Source: Selaginella moellendorffii (taxonomy: Eukaryota > Plantae > Lycopodiophyta). Taken from it: a DNA stretch of 64,000 nt. Of this stretch, positions 13,993 through 24,687 are shown piece by piece; position 1 is the stretch's first letter, and each line of letters opens with the position of its first letter. The stretch lies in contig NW_003314266.1 of the NCBI RefSeq assembly GCF_000143415.4, forward strand, positions 828,463 to 892,462. Reading direction: 5' to 3'. The position numbers and the translations under genes were made by a program. The notes beneath the pieces were generated by a model. It had not been told where the DNA came from, searched no databases, and was given only the letters and a program-made list of their open reading frames with translations.

Positions 13993-15601
13993 TCATCTGG
14001 TAACTCTAAAAGACTGCAAGAAAAAGATGGACTGTTTAAAGAAAGAACTAGAGCAGAAAATTGATAGCTTACCTTCACTTGAGCGAGCAGATCTCTTGCG
14101 TCAGCATTATGCTTGAAGTGATCTCGCACCGGCTACAAATCAGCATTAGCAATGTTTGGCGTGCGACAGGAGGGAATGGATATACCTGGAGAATTAGATT
14201 GAGTGATTTTGCCAAAGACGTCTTGATCTCATCGGAACTTATCAGTCCTGACTCGAAGTCGCCATTCAGCTTCTCAGCTGACTCGTAGGTACTGTAAGAA
14301 ATTGACGTTATAGAGACCACGGAAATAGTAAAAGAAACGCGAGCTTACAGGTTTCCGCCTCTTTCTTCTGAACGGCAGAGCTCAAATCGGCCATGCCACG
14401 GGATGACGACGTACTTCACGTATTCCAAGCACGGGTTCCCTTCCACAACGTTCGGACAGAACGCACCTGCAATTTTCCTGTTCACATCATCCTGTCTAAA
14501 ATATTAGTATCGAGCATTTCTTAGCGCTGTGTGCCATACCTCTTCGTCTTCCATAAATATCGCAGACTCGGGATCACTTTTCGACATCTTCAGCTGACCT
14601 TCCTTCAGCCCCGGCAGCATATCTAGAATAAAGAGAAAACAAAAATAAGTCAAAATGTGAAAACAACAAAAAAATATAATTGAAAACTTAAGCATACGAT
14701 GAGACAAAATAATTGGTTTGAATTTCCGTTTGGTAGCAGAAGCATACTCTCTTGCAAGCATGTTCACTTTTCTCTGATCGAGTCCAAGCTGACAAATATC
14801 AGCCTGCGGAAGAAAAGAAAAGTTGGAGTATTTCCGAAACTTGATACTGGAAATGCCCGTGCTCACCTTGAGGAAGAATACATCCGCGCACTGCATGCAC
14901 GCGTACATGATTGCAGACACCGAAAGCTCTTTTGGATTGGTCCGTCCCATAATTTGCGAGCATCTAGACAAGGAAAAGAAGACAAAGGAAGAAAAAAAAT
15001 ATATATACAAAAAAGAACCGTGTAAGACCTTCATGAGTCACTTGGTCGAATTATGACAACGTTACTTGCCTTAGAATACGAGGAAGGTTGTTCCTGCGAG
15101 CGATATCAAAGACAAGCTTCCAGTACTCCTCGGCCCTCGAGTTGATCTCGTGAGAAGACCATAGAAACTCCACCTGATTGAGATTCATACCAACAGCCTT
15201 CCACACTTCGATCATGTAGCGCCCCACGGTCTGGATCTTGTGGAGATCGCCTCCCATCTTGTTGTTGAGCTGCGCAAACCAGTCCGCGACCCAGAACTTA
15301 AACACGCATCCAGAGCTTGTCAATTTGTTAACATTCAGTGCCTTCATCACTCCCTGCGATCAAAGGGTGGAAAGACAAAACGAATTAAGGCGCGAAGAAC
15401 AAACTCCCTCACCTGAGCGATGTGGACTCTGCCAGACGGTTCAAATCCATCGTAGCAGATCGGAGGAGTCGGCTTGTTCTTGAAGAGCGCGGCCAGATCC
15501 TCGGCGCCAGTGCATTCTTCGCCGACGCTCAGCGCCAGTTTCACTTTCTCCTGAATCGCAGCCGCAGCAGCGGCATCCTCTTGCGCCGGCAGATCCGCCA
15601 T
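13993..15601 (-). CDS. Cytosolic tyrosyl-tRNA synthetase
   Basis: CYDGFEPSGRVHIAQ (HIGH-like), WVADWFAQLNNKMGGDL, ADICQLGLDQRKVNMLAREY, KMSKS; last exon SFRVTR* ends at 13993. Confidence 0.93.
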
Positions 15602-15674
15602 AGCAACAGGGACCCTATCAAAAACCCTAGTCCCAAGAACCCTAAATCATTGTGGGGGCGGCATTTGATACGCC
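15602..15674. promoter_or_regulatory. 73-bp divergent intergenic region with telobox-like motifs
   Basis: Lies between ATGs at 15601 (-) and 15675 (+); contains AAAACCCTAG and AACCCTAAA. Confidence 0.6.
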
Positions 15675-16577
15675 ATGGACGACGGGCTCCCGCAGACCGA
15701 TATGGAGCGCCTCGTCTTCTTCGAGGCAATGCGCGAGCGCTGCGCCGCGGAGTATCTCCGCAGCCCTCACGATCCAGAGGTAAGCAATCGCGCCATTCAA
15801 TCCAAATGCTCTGGATCCTTGCGATTAAATGATTTTTTTCTTAGAACCTAACGAACTGGGGGAACGCTCTGCTCGAGCTAGCGCATTTTCAACAGGGCGA
15901 TGAATCGGTCCCGCTTGTAGAAGGTTGGATTTATTTTTTCCATTCAAATCACTCTCGTTGTTCTTGTAGATTCAATCTCCAAGCTAGAAGCTGCGCTAAA
16001 GATCAATCCAAAGAAGCACCAAACGCTCTGGATTCTAGGAAACGCTCACACGTGCCATGGGTTCCTCGTAGCCGATGTTTTAGAGGCTAGCGAGCATTTT
16101 AAGAAGGCAGCTACTTGCTTCCAGGATGCATACAACGAGGTGAAAAGCATAGCTTCGTTTTTGCAATCGTTGTGATGTTATCCTTTTTTTTCTTCCAGGA
16201 ACCCAGCGAAGTTTACTCCAAGTCCCTAGAAATGGCTCGCCAAGTACGTTGCAAACACTCTTTTCCCCGTGAATTGTTCTAGAGCTTTTTTTACAGGCAC
16301 CATTGCTCCATCAAGAGCTCCAGGTACAGCTCGCTTCTCAAGGGATGGCGATCAACGCTTCATCATCGTCGAGTAGAAGCGGAAACAAGGTAAAAACACT
16401 TCCATCACTGGGTTTAAAATCTACAGTTTTCACGAAGCTTTCTAGGGAAAGAAGAAGAAATCGTCCAAGCGCAGTGATTTGGCCTATGATGTTCTTGGAT
16501 GGGTGGTTCTGGCTATTGGAATTGTTGCGTGGGTTGGGATGGCAAACATGGCAAAAGCAGCTCCTAGTGCCAAGTAG
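15675..16577 (+). CDS. TOM20: Mitochondrial import receptor TOM20 (plant type)
   Basis: MERLVFFEAMRERCAAEYLRSPHDPE|NLTNWGNALLELAHFQ, SKLEAALKINPKKHQTLWILGNAHT, C-terminal SDLAYDVLGWVVLAIGIVAWVGMA TM; TAG 16575-16577. Confidence 0.9.
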
Positions 16578-17604
16578 TACCTCCTAATGCTTTTCCTTTG
16601 TACATCAATTTTGAATGAAAGAAAAAAAGAATCAATGGCAGCACCAATGCCCACAGTGAAGCTGTATGTTGTGAAATTTGAATTTTCTTACTTAAATTCC
16701 CAAGAAAAATTAGTATTAAAATTAAAATTCTTATAATATAATAAATGATTTATATATTAAATAAATAATATAAAACCCTTTCTCCTAGATTTTTTATTAG
16801 GTTTTTTCACATTATTTTAATCATGTTCAATTGTGTTATATATATAATAGCTTTTGGTAGTCATATACATGTAAATGTAAATATGTTTAGAACTTTATTT
16901 GCAATATCCCAAGAGGTACATATGTGATGTTTAATTAACATGAATTATTTTGATCTATATTTAGTTTTTTTTATTATAGGTTTAAATGAAAAATATTTAA
17001 CATTCTAGAAACTTTATTTGTTTAAATTTAATTGAAGTTTTTATTAGCTAAAGAAACACTAATCTTTATATAGATGTGGATATACCTAGGATATTCTTAA
17101 ATATTCTAGAATTTCTAATTATTTAACTTCGCATTAACATCCCTATCCCTATTGATTCGAAAATTCTAGTGGTAAACACTACACACATGCCTCCATCAAT
17201 AATATGAAGTATGGTTGTTATCAAGAGACAAATGCAAAAGCAAAATCATAGCTGAACTATCTACTATATGTTTTCATTGGGGAGTCTGGTCATGGGAAGA
17301 AGAGGCATATCATGTTGTTTACAATCCAAGAACTTTTCAATTCTTCTCTAGTTTTCTTCATGTAAACTTCTTAAATTGATCAACATATGATACCAGGGTT
17401 TAAAATTTAGAAAAATCTCGGTAATGATCCCTTTTATAGAATCACCACAAATTTTCTCTTTGTCACTTCTCACGAAACCTGGACAACATCCAAGAGAGAA
17501 CAAATAAAGATCCAAATCATCAGCATTTAATATGAAACACATGCTAAAGTAAAACTCTTTTTATATTACTTATAAAAAGGAATTACAAGTATATTGCATA
17601 AATT

Positions 17605-18643
17605 TCAATACGTGGGTTCAAAAGGGCATAAAAAAGCTTGTTGGATATAATAAAGATCCAACTCGTAGTTCACAGGTGCACCAGCTGGTGGAACTCCCAC
17701 TGCTCCACCTCCAGGAGGAACAAACGTCGTAAAAACCTGTGGAGCTGGGAAGCACAGGATGTAAGATGCAAGTCCTGGACCATTTAAAGCAAGGCCACCA
17801 TGTCCAACCCTGGTGAGAATCGGAGAATTTCTCCAGGTTGCATTTGGGCCCAAAGGGCAGGTCCCAAATGAGACAAGCCGGATGGGCATTGGTCCCCCAC
17901 CCCTTGCTCCACCTCCAGCTCCGGCCGCCCCTCCGCCAGCTCCTGGCCTTTCATAGACCGAAGCCAACATAGCGATAGTTCCATTAGCTCTCTCGTTGAA
18001 CCTTTTGAGACCGATATAGAGCTCGCAACGAGGATAGTCTGGTCCAAGGAAGATCGCAGCTCGCTCGTGAAGATTCTTGGGCGTCTGGGATGTTGCGATC
18101 TCGATGACGATAGCCCCGTAGGTTCTCAAAGCCGTGACACCAGGAGGAAGAATAGAACTTTGTCCACGCACTTGCACTGTCACGTCAGGCTCGTAAAGAT
18201 CCCCCCCGAAATCCGGCTTGTAGGTAACAGCCGTCGCCACCACAAGCAATCCACCTGCTTGTGCGTCAAAAGCAGCTCCCACCTTCAACTGAGCTTGCCC
18301 ATGGGGGTTATGCGGGAGTTCCCTTGCGATGATCTTTCCTCCGATGAAATCACAGAGGAACTTCCTGTTTCCCGATGCCCACCTGAAAGCATTGACGGTA
18401 GAAGCATCGACGGTTAGAAGCATTCTTGGTTGCTCACCTGGAGAAAGCTTCAGCGTTGGGAGCTGTTCCGATGATCAAGTCGCTTGGGCTGTAGAGCTCT
18501 TGATTTTCCTCCTCGCCTGTGAGCAAGGCAAGCCGAACAAGCTTCTGCTCGACAGCTCTTGTCGCGCGCTCATCGATCCTGACTCGACGTGGAGTAACGA
18601 CGACGCTCTCATTTCCTGCTTCACAACAAAAAATCGCAGCCAT
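17605..18643 (-). CDS. Uma2/DUF820-like PD-(D/E)XK restriction-endonuclease-fold protein, 327 aa, 2 exons (18643-18438, 18382-17605)
   Basis: 55-nt GT-AG intron 18437-18383 joins the two ORFs in frame (AG|G=Arg). Motifs CDFIGGKIIARELPHNPH, YEPD, IVIEIATSQT..LHERA, LVSFGTCP. Confidence 0.7.
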
Positions 18644-18881
18644 GAGGGGAGAAAAAGAGGGCAATCGGGGAGGAAGGAAAGAGGGCACTCACACAGCATC
18701 GAGCCTTCTCGCGCTTCTTCTTGCTCTCCCACGCTTAACAGTCGTTTTCTCGTTCGCGCCCTAGAACAAACCGCACAGCGTATCTATCACGACCAAATAT
18801 GAAACGCGATCAAGGTATAATTGTTGTAATGTGAAAAGGGATGGACATAACACGTGGCGCACGAGTTTAGAGTATTCCTGT

Positions 18882-18963
18882 ACGGTTGATGACGCGGCAA
18901 AGCACCAAAACCAACCAAAAATTTTGAGATAGCGTTGAGATTTCTAATACTTTTTAAAATGCC
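18882..18963. repeat. ~85-bp direct repeat, copy 1 (copy 2 at 20708-20800)
   Basis: cggttgatgacgcggcaaagcaccaaaacc...aaaaattttgagatagcg...ttgagatttctaatactttttaaaatgc occurs at both sites. Confidence 0.9.
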
Positions 18964-19306
18964 GTAAGAAGGAGCGCATCGTGCGGTCGCAAATGGGCCG
19001 CTCGAGCTCATCCCACGGCCCAGATCCGTGCGGTGATTTTTAATTTTTTCACCTACCCCGGCTTGCATTACCATTACCACAGTAGATGGAAAGCAAATAT
19101 TTACCGCGGGTGTGGGGCATTTGTGTGTTGCTGTGCTTATTGCGCGCATATGCCGCGCGGCTAGCGATAGTTCCAGCATGAACTACTGAAGGTTAAGATT
19201 CGCCCATGGATCAAAGAATATGCTAATTTCGGGATTAACGACCGAGCAAAAATGAGCCTCAAGAAACAATCCTGCTGTGGGAAAAACCAACCTCTTTTTT
19301 TTTACT

Positions 19307-19781
19307 TTACGAGGAGGATGCGTGCTTCGAAACCCATTCCACCAAGGTCCCCACAGCGAATCCAGTCGCCATTTTCTTCTTCTCGTTCCACACGGGTCCG
19401 GCGATGTCGAGATGAGCCCAAGGGATTTTCTCATCGACAAACTGTCCATCCATCAAGAATGGAAGAGATTAGAAGTTCTTCCACAAGAACAAAACGAAAG
19501 GAGTACCTGTTTCAAGAAGAGCGACGCCGTTATGGATCCGCCAGGACGTCCACCCGTGTTCACCATGTCCGCGATTCCCAACTTCATCATCTATCCGCCA
19601 TAGCTTCTCTCCGGCGGCGCTTGACGCTTGGGACAGTTCGTCCGCGAGTTCGTCGCTGGGAGTAAACATGCCTGTTTTGCCATGGAGTTAGAAAAACAAT
19701 TCTAAGAGAGGACGTTACCTCCAATCTCGTTGCCCAACGCGATAATGCACGCTCCTGTCAAGGTTGCCAAATCCACGATCT
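19307..19781 (-). pseudogene. Leucine aminopeptidase (M17) 3' exons, frameshifted fragment
   Basis: IVDLATLTGACIIALGNEIG | MFTPSDELADELSQASSAAGEKLWR(deletion)[27 protein letters not shown] | [37 protein letters not shown]...*; introns retained. Confidence 0.88.
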
Positions 19782-19814
19782 GTTTTTGCAAAGAAGTTTA
19801 GCTCAGGTACTTGC

Positions 19815-20148
19815 TAGAGTCCGCAGGATTGATTCCCGTGCATCTGACGTAAAGAAAGAACACCACAAGTGCCTGCAAAGTTAACGAAATTGAGCGCTTA
19901 ACAAATTCCAAGAGTGAGAAATTGCGAAGAAAGACTCACCAAGACCGAGTAACACCCAATTACGATATACTGCCACGGATTGGGCCCAATGAAAGGCGCG
20001 AAAAACACGAAGTACGCGACTACGAGGGGGAAGAACACAGTGATCGCCACAACCTGCAAAAAGAGCTCGCTCACTTGGTCGAATTCCACGGTGCCGCATT
20101 TACCTGAAACCCGTGCGCAGGCAGCTGCCAGCCGTGGCTCCGCACCAT
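19815..20148 (-). pseudogene. DHHC protein S-acyltransferase (PAT19/20-type) first three exons, truncated
   Basis: [15 protein letters not shown] | [23 protein letters not shown]... | ALVVFFLYVRCTGINPAD, then breaks into LAP intron sequence. Confidence 0.85.
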
Positions 20149-20707
20149 TGATCTCAGTGTCGCCAAGCCGGCACAGCCGCCGCATAGCCAGCAGCAATCC
20201 CTAACCCCCGGAATCCATCCCCGGAGCTACGATCCAAGCCCTGACCTGAGAATTTCGATGCCGATCCCGGTCGCTGGCCGGCGCCTTGGATGCGTGCCGC
20301 CGCCGCGGATGCGCGCTAGGGCAAGGATCGCGCTTCTTTGCCGCCGCGGGTGGCAATTTGGCTCTAGCATACAGGGGCCCGGAGTTTGTATGCGCTCTCA
20401 ACGAGATCCGGGCGTGAGAATAGAAGCGGAGCGAAACAATCCCCTTGTTTACAAGATTGTGGCTTCACTGGGATCACTGAGATCATGCCAGTCCCTGGAG
20501 CATCTCGAGAGAGAAGGAATGTGAAAATGTTGCGAGGATAGCGATATGGAGAGGACGATCCTTCCCTTCGTTGGCGCTCCAGCGCGAGCAAGATCGCGAC
20601 TGCCTACCGCGATTTCCACTGTTAACCGGCCCAAGAACAGGGGATCTGTACGGCGGCAAGACTATTGCACGAGAATATCGTACGGTTTCGAGATAATGGA
20701 TTCCTGT

Positions 20708-20800
20708 CGGTTGATGACGCGGCAAAGCACCAAAACCAAGCAACCAACCAAAAATTTTGAGATAGCGTGGCGTTGAGATTTCTAATACTTTTTAAAATGC
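20708..20800. repeat. ~85-bp direct repeat, copy 2
   Basis: Matches 18882-18963 with two small insertions. Confidence 0.9.
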
Positions 20801-21755
20801 TGTGATTGGAAATGTGGTCAACCAACCAGTGGCGGCCCGCGGCCCAAGAAGGAGTGTAATGTTACCTTTTTGTCACAATTTTGCAAAAAGTTTAATTCTT
20901 ATGATTCTAATATTGCAATTTTGAAATTTTGGCACCTGGCTTTATTTCCACGTAGTCACAGATCTAACCAATGTTTTGTGCTTAATTACAAGGTTTACAA
21001 TATTGCTCTATGTTTAAGATTGTATTATACTTTTTGGTTTGCTTAAGCAAAACCTGTAGGTGTATCTAGAATATGCTTAGATATTCTAGGATATTCTACC
21101 ATCTAACGGTCGTTATTTATTTAGATTAATCTTCTATTTAAAATTTATAAATTTTCCTAAACACTTTTTAGTATATTCTTATTTATTTTAATGGAATAAT
21201 ATTAATATTGATTTATAGATTATAGACATGAATTGAATTATTCAGAAATACTAAATAAGAATGACACTACAATTAAGCAAACCAAGCGTTGCTGTATGCA
21301 ACGCACAACAAATTTATTTTTTCTAACTTTTGTGATTGCATATATGTAATTAGTGTTTAATGCTAATATTTTCAATTAATATAACTCTATTTAAGCTCAG
21401 TACACCATTAATTGAAGAATAAACTCATGCACACCTAAGTGTGCATTTGTTTATTGTCTCTTAAACAATGTCAGATTAGCATCCAAACCCACATCATATT
21501 AACATAAAAAGTATTTTGCTTAGAAAAAAGCTTCTTAAATAGAGGAGTAGAGATTGAGTTGGAGCGTAATTGTATTTTATCTTATAAGTCACTTTCTGTT
21601 TGTGTTTGAACAAATTTAACTAATATTAATTCTTAATTAAAAACAACAATATAAATTTCTGACTAGCCCTAAGATGTACATACATGCTTTGGAATCGATC
21701 ACTAGACCGAACTTTAAATTTTTACTGAATGGAAGCTTTCGCCAACTATCTATGT

Positions 21756-24635
21756 TTATAATTCCTGTTCAAACGTGTCTCCTTGGTGCATTCCTTGCCT
21801 CACATACTCTGAGAAGTGAAACTCCTGCGCCACCATACTTGCCAGATCCATCCGTCCAGCTTCTCTATAAACCTCCAAAACTGTCCTATAAGTTGCGGGG
21901 CTCGGCTGGAAGCCACACTCCTTGAGCCTCCTAAACATCCTCCCAACGCCTTCCAAAAGCCCGACTTTCCCGTAGGCAGCGATCACGCTCCCATAGCTCG
22001 CTTCGTTGAGCTCCACACCCCTGGCCTTCATCCGCGAGTAAACTTGGAGCGCCACGTCCAGCTTCCCAGCCTTTCCAAACGAGTAAATCAGCGCGTTGTA
22101 GGCGTCCACGCCGAGCGAGAGTCCCTCGTCTCTCTCGGCCCTCTGGATGGCGAACGCGATCTCGGCGGCCTCGTCGCTCATCCCGGCTTGCGCGTAGAGC
22201 AAAGTTAGCACCACCATCGTCTCCAGGCTCGTGCTGCTTTGCTCAAGCCTCTGGATGAACTCTCCAGGAACCATTCCAGCTCTCTCCAAAATCTCCTCGA
22301 AGCAGCTAAAGGTGCTCCTGCTCGGGACCAGCCCGGCTCGCCTCATCTCCTTGAGAGCCTCCAGTGCTTCTCTCATCAGCCCGGCCTTCACGTACATGGC
22401 TATGACAACGTTGAAAGCCCGAGCGTCCGTGATGAGGAAGCGCCTCGACATGACCCTGGCGACGTCCAGTCCTTGCTCGATCTTCCCGGCCTCCCTATAG
22501 AGCTTGAGCATCATCGTGCAAGCCACTTCGTTAAGTCCCGGCTTCCCGCGCTGCATGGCTCGAAAGAGCTGCTCGGCCTCTGTAAACATTCCCGACTTGA
22601 TGTAGAGGTTGAGCATCGTGTTGGCCGCGAAAACGTCCGGACTTAGCCTGCTTATCTCCTCGTAGATCTTCTCGGCCTCCGCTATCAGTCCCAAGTTACT
22701 GTAGAGTTTCATCATCGACGTGTAGACGATCGTGTCCGGGACAAAGCCAGCGGCTTTGAGGCTGTCGAGCGTCTGCTGTGCCTCTCTCGCGAATCCTGCT
22801 TCGGCATACGCGTTGAGCAAGGCACTGTAGCAGATAACGTCCGCCTCAACACCGGATGCTAGCATTTCCTTGAACACCCTCTCGGCTTCTCTGACCCGTC
22901 CCATGTCACCGTAGAAGCTGACAACCGAGGAGCACGAAGCCAGGCTTGGCTTGAATCCCGCTGCCTTCACGAGCACCAAAACTCTTTGCAAGATCTCCAA
23001 AAGTCTCCCTTTGCAGAGGAGCTGTATCAGTGAGTTGAAAGACGCTTCGTTGGGACTCGCTCCATCTTTCTCCATAGCTTCGAAAACGGTCACAGCGTCG
23101 GTAAACCGGTCGCAAGCGCCGTAAGCTTTCATCATCACGTTGTATAGCGATGGAGTCTTCAAGCCCGCGTTCTTGGCGAGCTCGAAAACTTCCCGTGCTT
23201 GGTCCAGGCACTTGTGCTCGGCGTAAACGTCCATCACCCCGACATAGGTGCTGACTTCCAATCCTCCCCGAGAATGGAGGAAACGAAACACCGACTCGGC
23301 CTTCGGGACGTCTCGAGCTCGGACATACATGGCGATCATCACGGTGTACATCGCCTGGTCTATGAGAAACCCGGAGCCTTCCATCTCTTGGACAAGAGCC
23401 TCGGCCTTCCAGACGACGTTGTTTGCAGCGTAGGCACTGATAAGCGTCCTGAAAGTCACTTGATCCGCGGACACTCCAGAGTCGCGCATTCTCTCCAGGC
23501 ACCCGGAAACAAGCTCCAGCTTGTCGTTCTTCACGTACATCTCGATCAGGGAGTTGTAAGTCGCGACGTCCGGGCAACAATCCTTCCGCTGCTTCATATT
23601 GGTCACTAGCAGCTCGGCTTCTCTGGTCCGGCCAGCTTTCCCATAGACGTGGATCATCGCGTTGAAAGTAACAGTAGTGAGCTCCACCCCGGCCTTCATC
23701 ATCTCCGCGAAAACCTTGGACCCCTCGGCAAACTTCGCGTGCTCGCCGTAGAAACTTATCATGGTGTTGTAAGTCTCTGGATTCTCAGGCCTCTTCGTGG
23801 TGCCATCCACTAAGTTCTCCGAGAAGAGACCCCAAAACGCCTTCTCGGCCTCTTCCAAGTCTCCAAATCTTCGCTGGAGATTCATATAAGTACTCACCAT
23901 GACTTCGTCCGGCTCCACTCCACTCTCGATCATATGCCGGTAGAAACGAATGGCCTCGTCTTTCATGCCTGCTCGTCCGTGAACGTCCACCAAGATGCTG
24001 TACGTGAAGATCGTCGGGGGGACTCGCTCGCCAAGCATCTCACTCCAGTACTTTTGGAGAAGCTCCCACTTCGCGGCCCTGCCCAGTGTTCTAAGCAAGA
24101 TGTTGTAGAGAAAGACGTTGGCCTCGTAGTTGTCTTGCCGCTGGAACCAGCTGAAAACCTCGATCGCCTTCCTCCAGTCACGCTGCTCGCTGAGAATTCT
24201 CGATAGCTCTCGACTCTCCAGCCTGCCGGCTCGATCCAGCACCAAGGAGACGGAGGAATTTCTCTCTGCTAGAGCCGCGAGAATCGAAGAAACGTGAGCA
24301 CTGTGCTGTTTTCTCGCTCTGGGAGAGTTTTTCCCTGTCTGACTCTCCCACTCCTTCCTTCCCGGTTGCTTTTGCGGCCGCCGGGACGAATTTCTAGCAA
24401 TATTTCCCGTTGCACACTGCTGCCCTGTGTCCACGAACCTCCCCGCTCCTGGAAACTGCGGCATTCTCACCTCGTGATCGGTCGGCGGCTCCTCCATGGA
24501 ATAATCCGAGCGAAATGCGCTCACTGAGAGGCGCGAGAGGACATCGCAGCAGCAGGGCGGCGATGGCGCCATCATCCAGCGCTTCCTGGAGGAAGAAATC
24601 GGGGGAGGGGGGAGGAGCCCGATCGAGGAGTGCAT
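21756..24635 (-). CDS. P-class PPR protein, intronless (At1g73710/At3g23020-like)
   Basis: 959-aa ORF; ILSEQRDWRKAIEVFSWFQRQDNYEANVFLYNILLRTLGRAAKW then tandem 35-aa PPR motifs; transit-peptide-like N-terminus. Confidence 0.92.
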   Translation of the reverse strand: MHSSIGLLPPPPISSSRKRWMMAPSPPCCCDVLSRLSVSAFRSDYSMEEPPTDHEVRMPQFPGAGRFVDTGQQCATGNIARNSSRRPQKQPGRKEWESQTGKNSPRARKQHSAHVSSILAALAERNSSVSLVLDRAGRLESRELSRILSEQRDWRKAIEVFSWFQRQDNYEANVFLYNILLRTLGRAAKWELLQKYWSEMLGERVPPTIFTYSILVDVHGRAGMKDEAIRFYRHMIESGVEPDEVMVSTYMNLQRRFGDLEEAEKAFWGLFSENLVDGTTKRPENPETYNTMISFYGEHAKFAEGSKVFAEMMKAGVELTTVTFNAMIHVYGKAGRTREAELLVTNMKQRKDCCPDVATYNSLIEMYVKNDKLELVSGCLERMRDSGVSADQVTFRTLISAYAANNVVWKAEALVQEMEGSGFLIDQAMYTVMIAMYVRARDVPKAESVFRFLHSRGGLEVSTYVGVMDVYAEHKCLDQAREVFELAKNAGLKTPSLYNVMMKAYGACDRFTDAVTVFEAMEKDGASPNEASFNSLIQLLCKGRLLEILQRVLVLVKAAGFKPSLASCSSVVSFYGDMGRVREAERVFKEMLASGVEADVICYSALLNAYAEAGFAREAQQTLDSLKAAGFVPDTIVYTSMMKLYSNLGLIAEAEKIYEEISRLSPDVFAANTMLNLYIKSGMFTEAEQLFRAMQRGKPGLNEVACTMMLKLYREAGKIEQGLDVARVMSRRFLITDARAFNVVIAMYVKAGLMREALEALKEMRRAGLVPSRSTFSCFEEILERAGMVPGEFIQRLEQSSTSLETMVVLTLLYAQAGMSDEAAEIAFAIQRAERDEGLSLGVDAYNALIYSFGKAGKLDVALQVYSRMKARGVELNEASYGSVIAAYGKVGLLEGVGRMFRRLKECGFQPSPATYRTVLEVYREAGRMDLASMVAQEFHFSEYVRQGMHQGDTFEQEL

Positions 24636-24687
24636 TTTCTTTCTTTCCTTAAACCCTTGCGCGCTAGAACCCTAAACTTATTTTAGG

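Noticed and set aside
13441-14116. Plus-strand ORFs between kinesin and TyrRS
   Set aside because: No recognisable family; partly antisense to the last TyrRS exons.
16680-21660. Single transposon spanning the nuclease island
   Set aside because: No TIRs, TSD or Helitron ends found by eye; only a short repeat at ~21040 shared in inverse orientation with ~56430.
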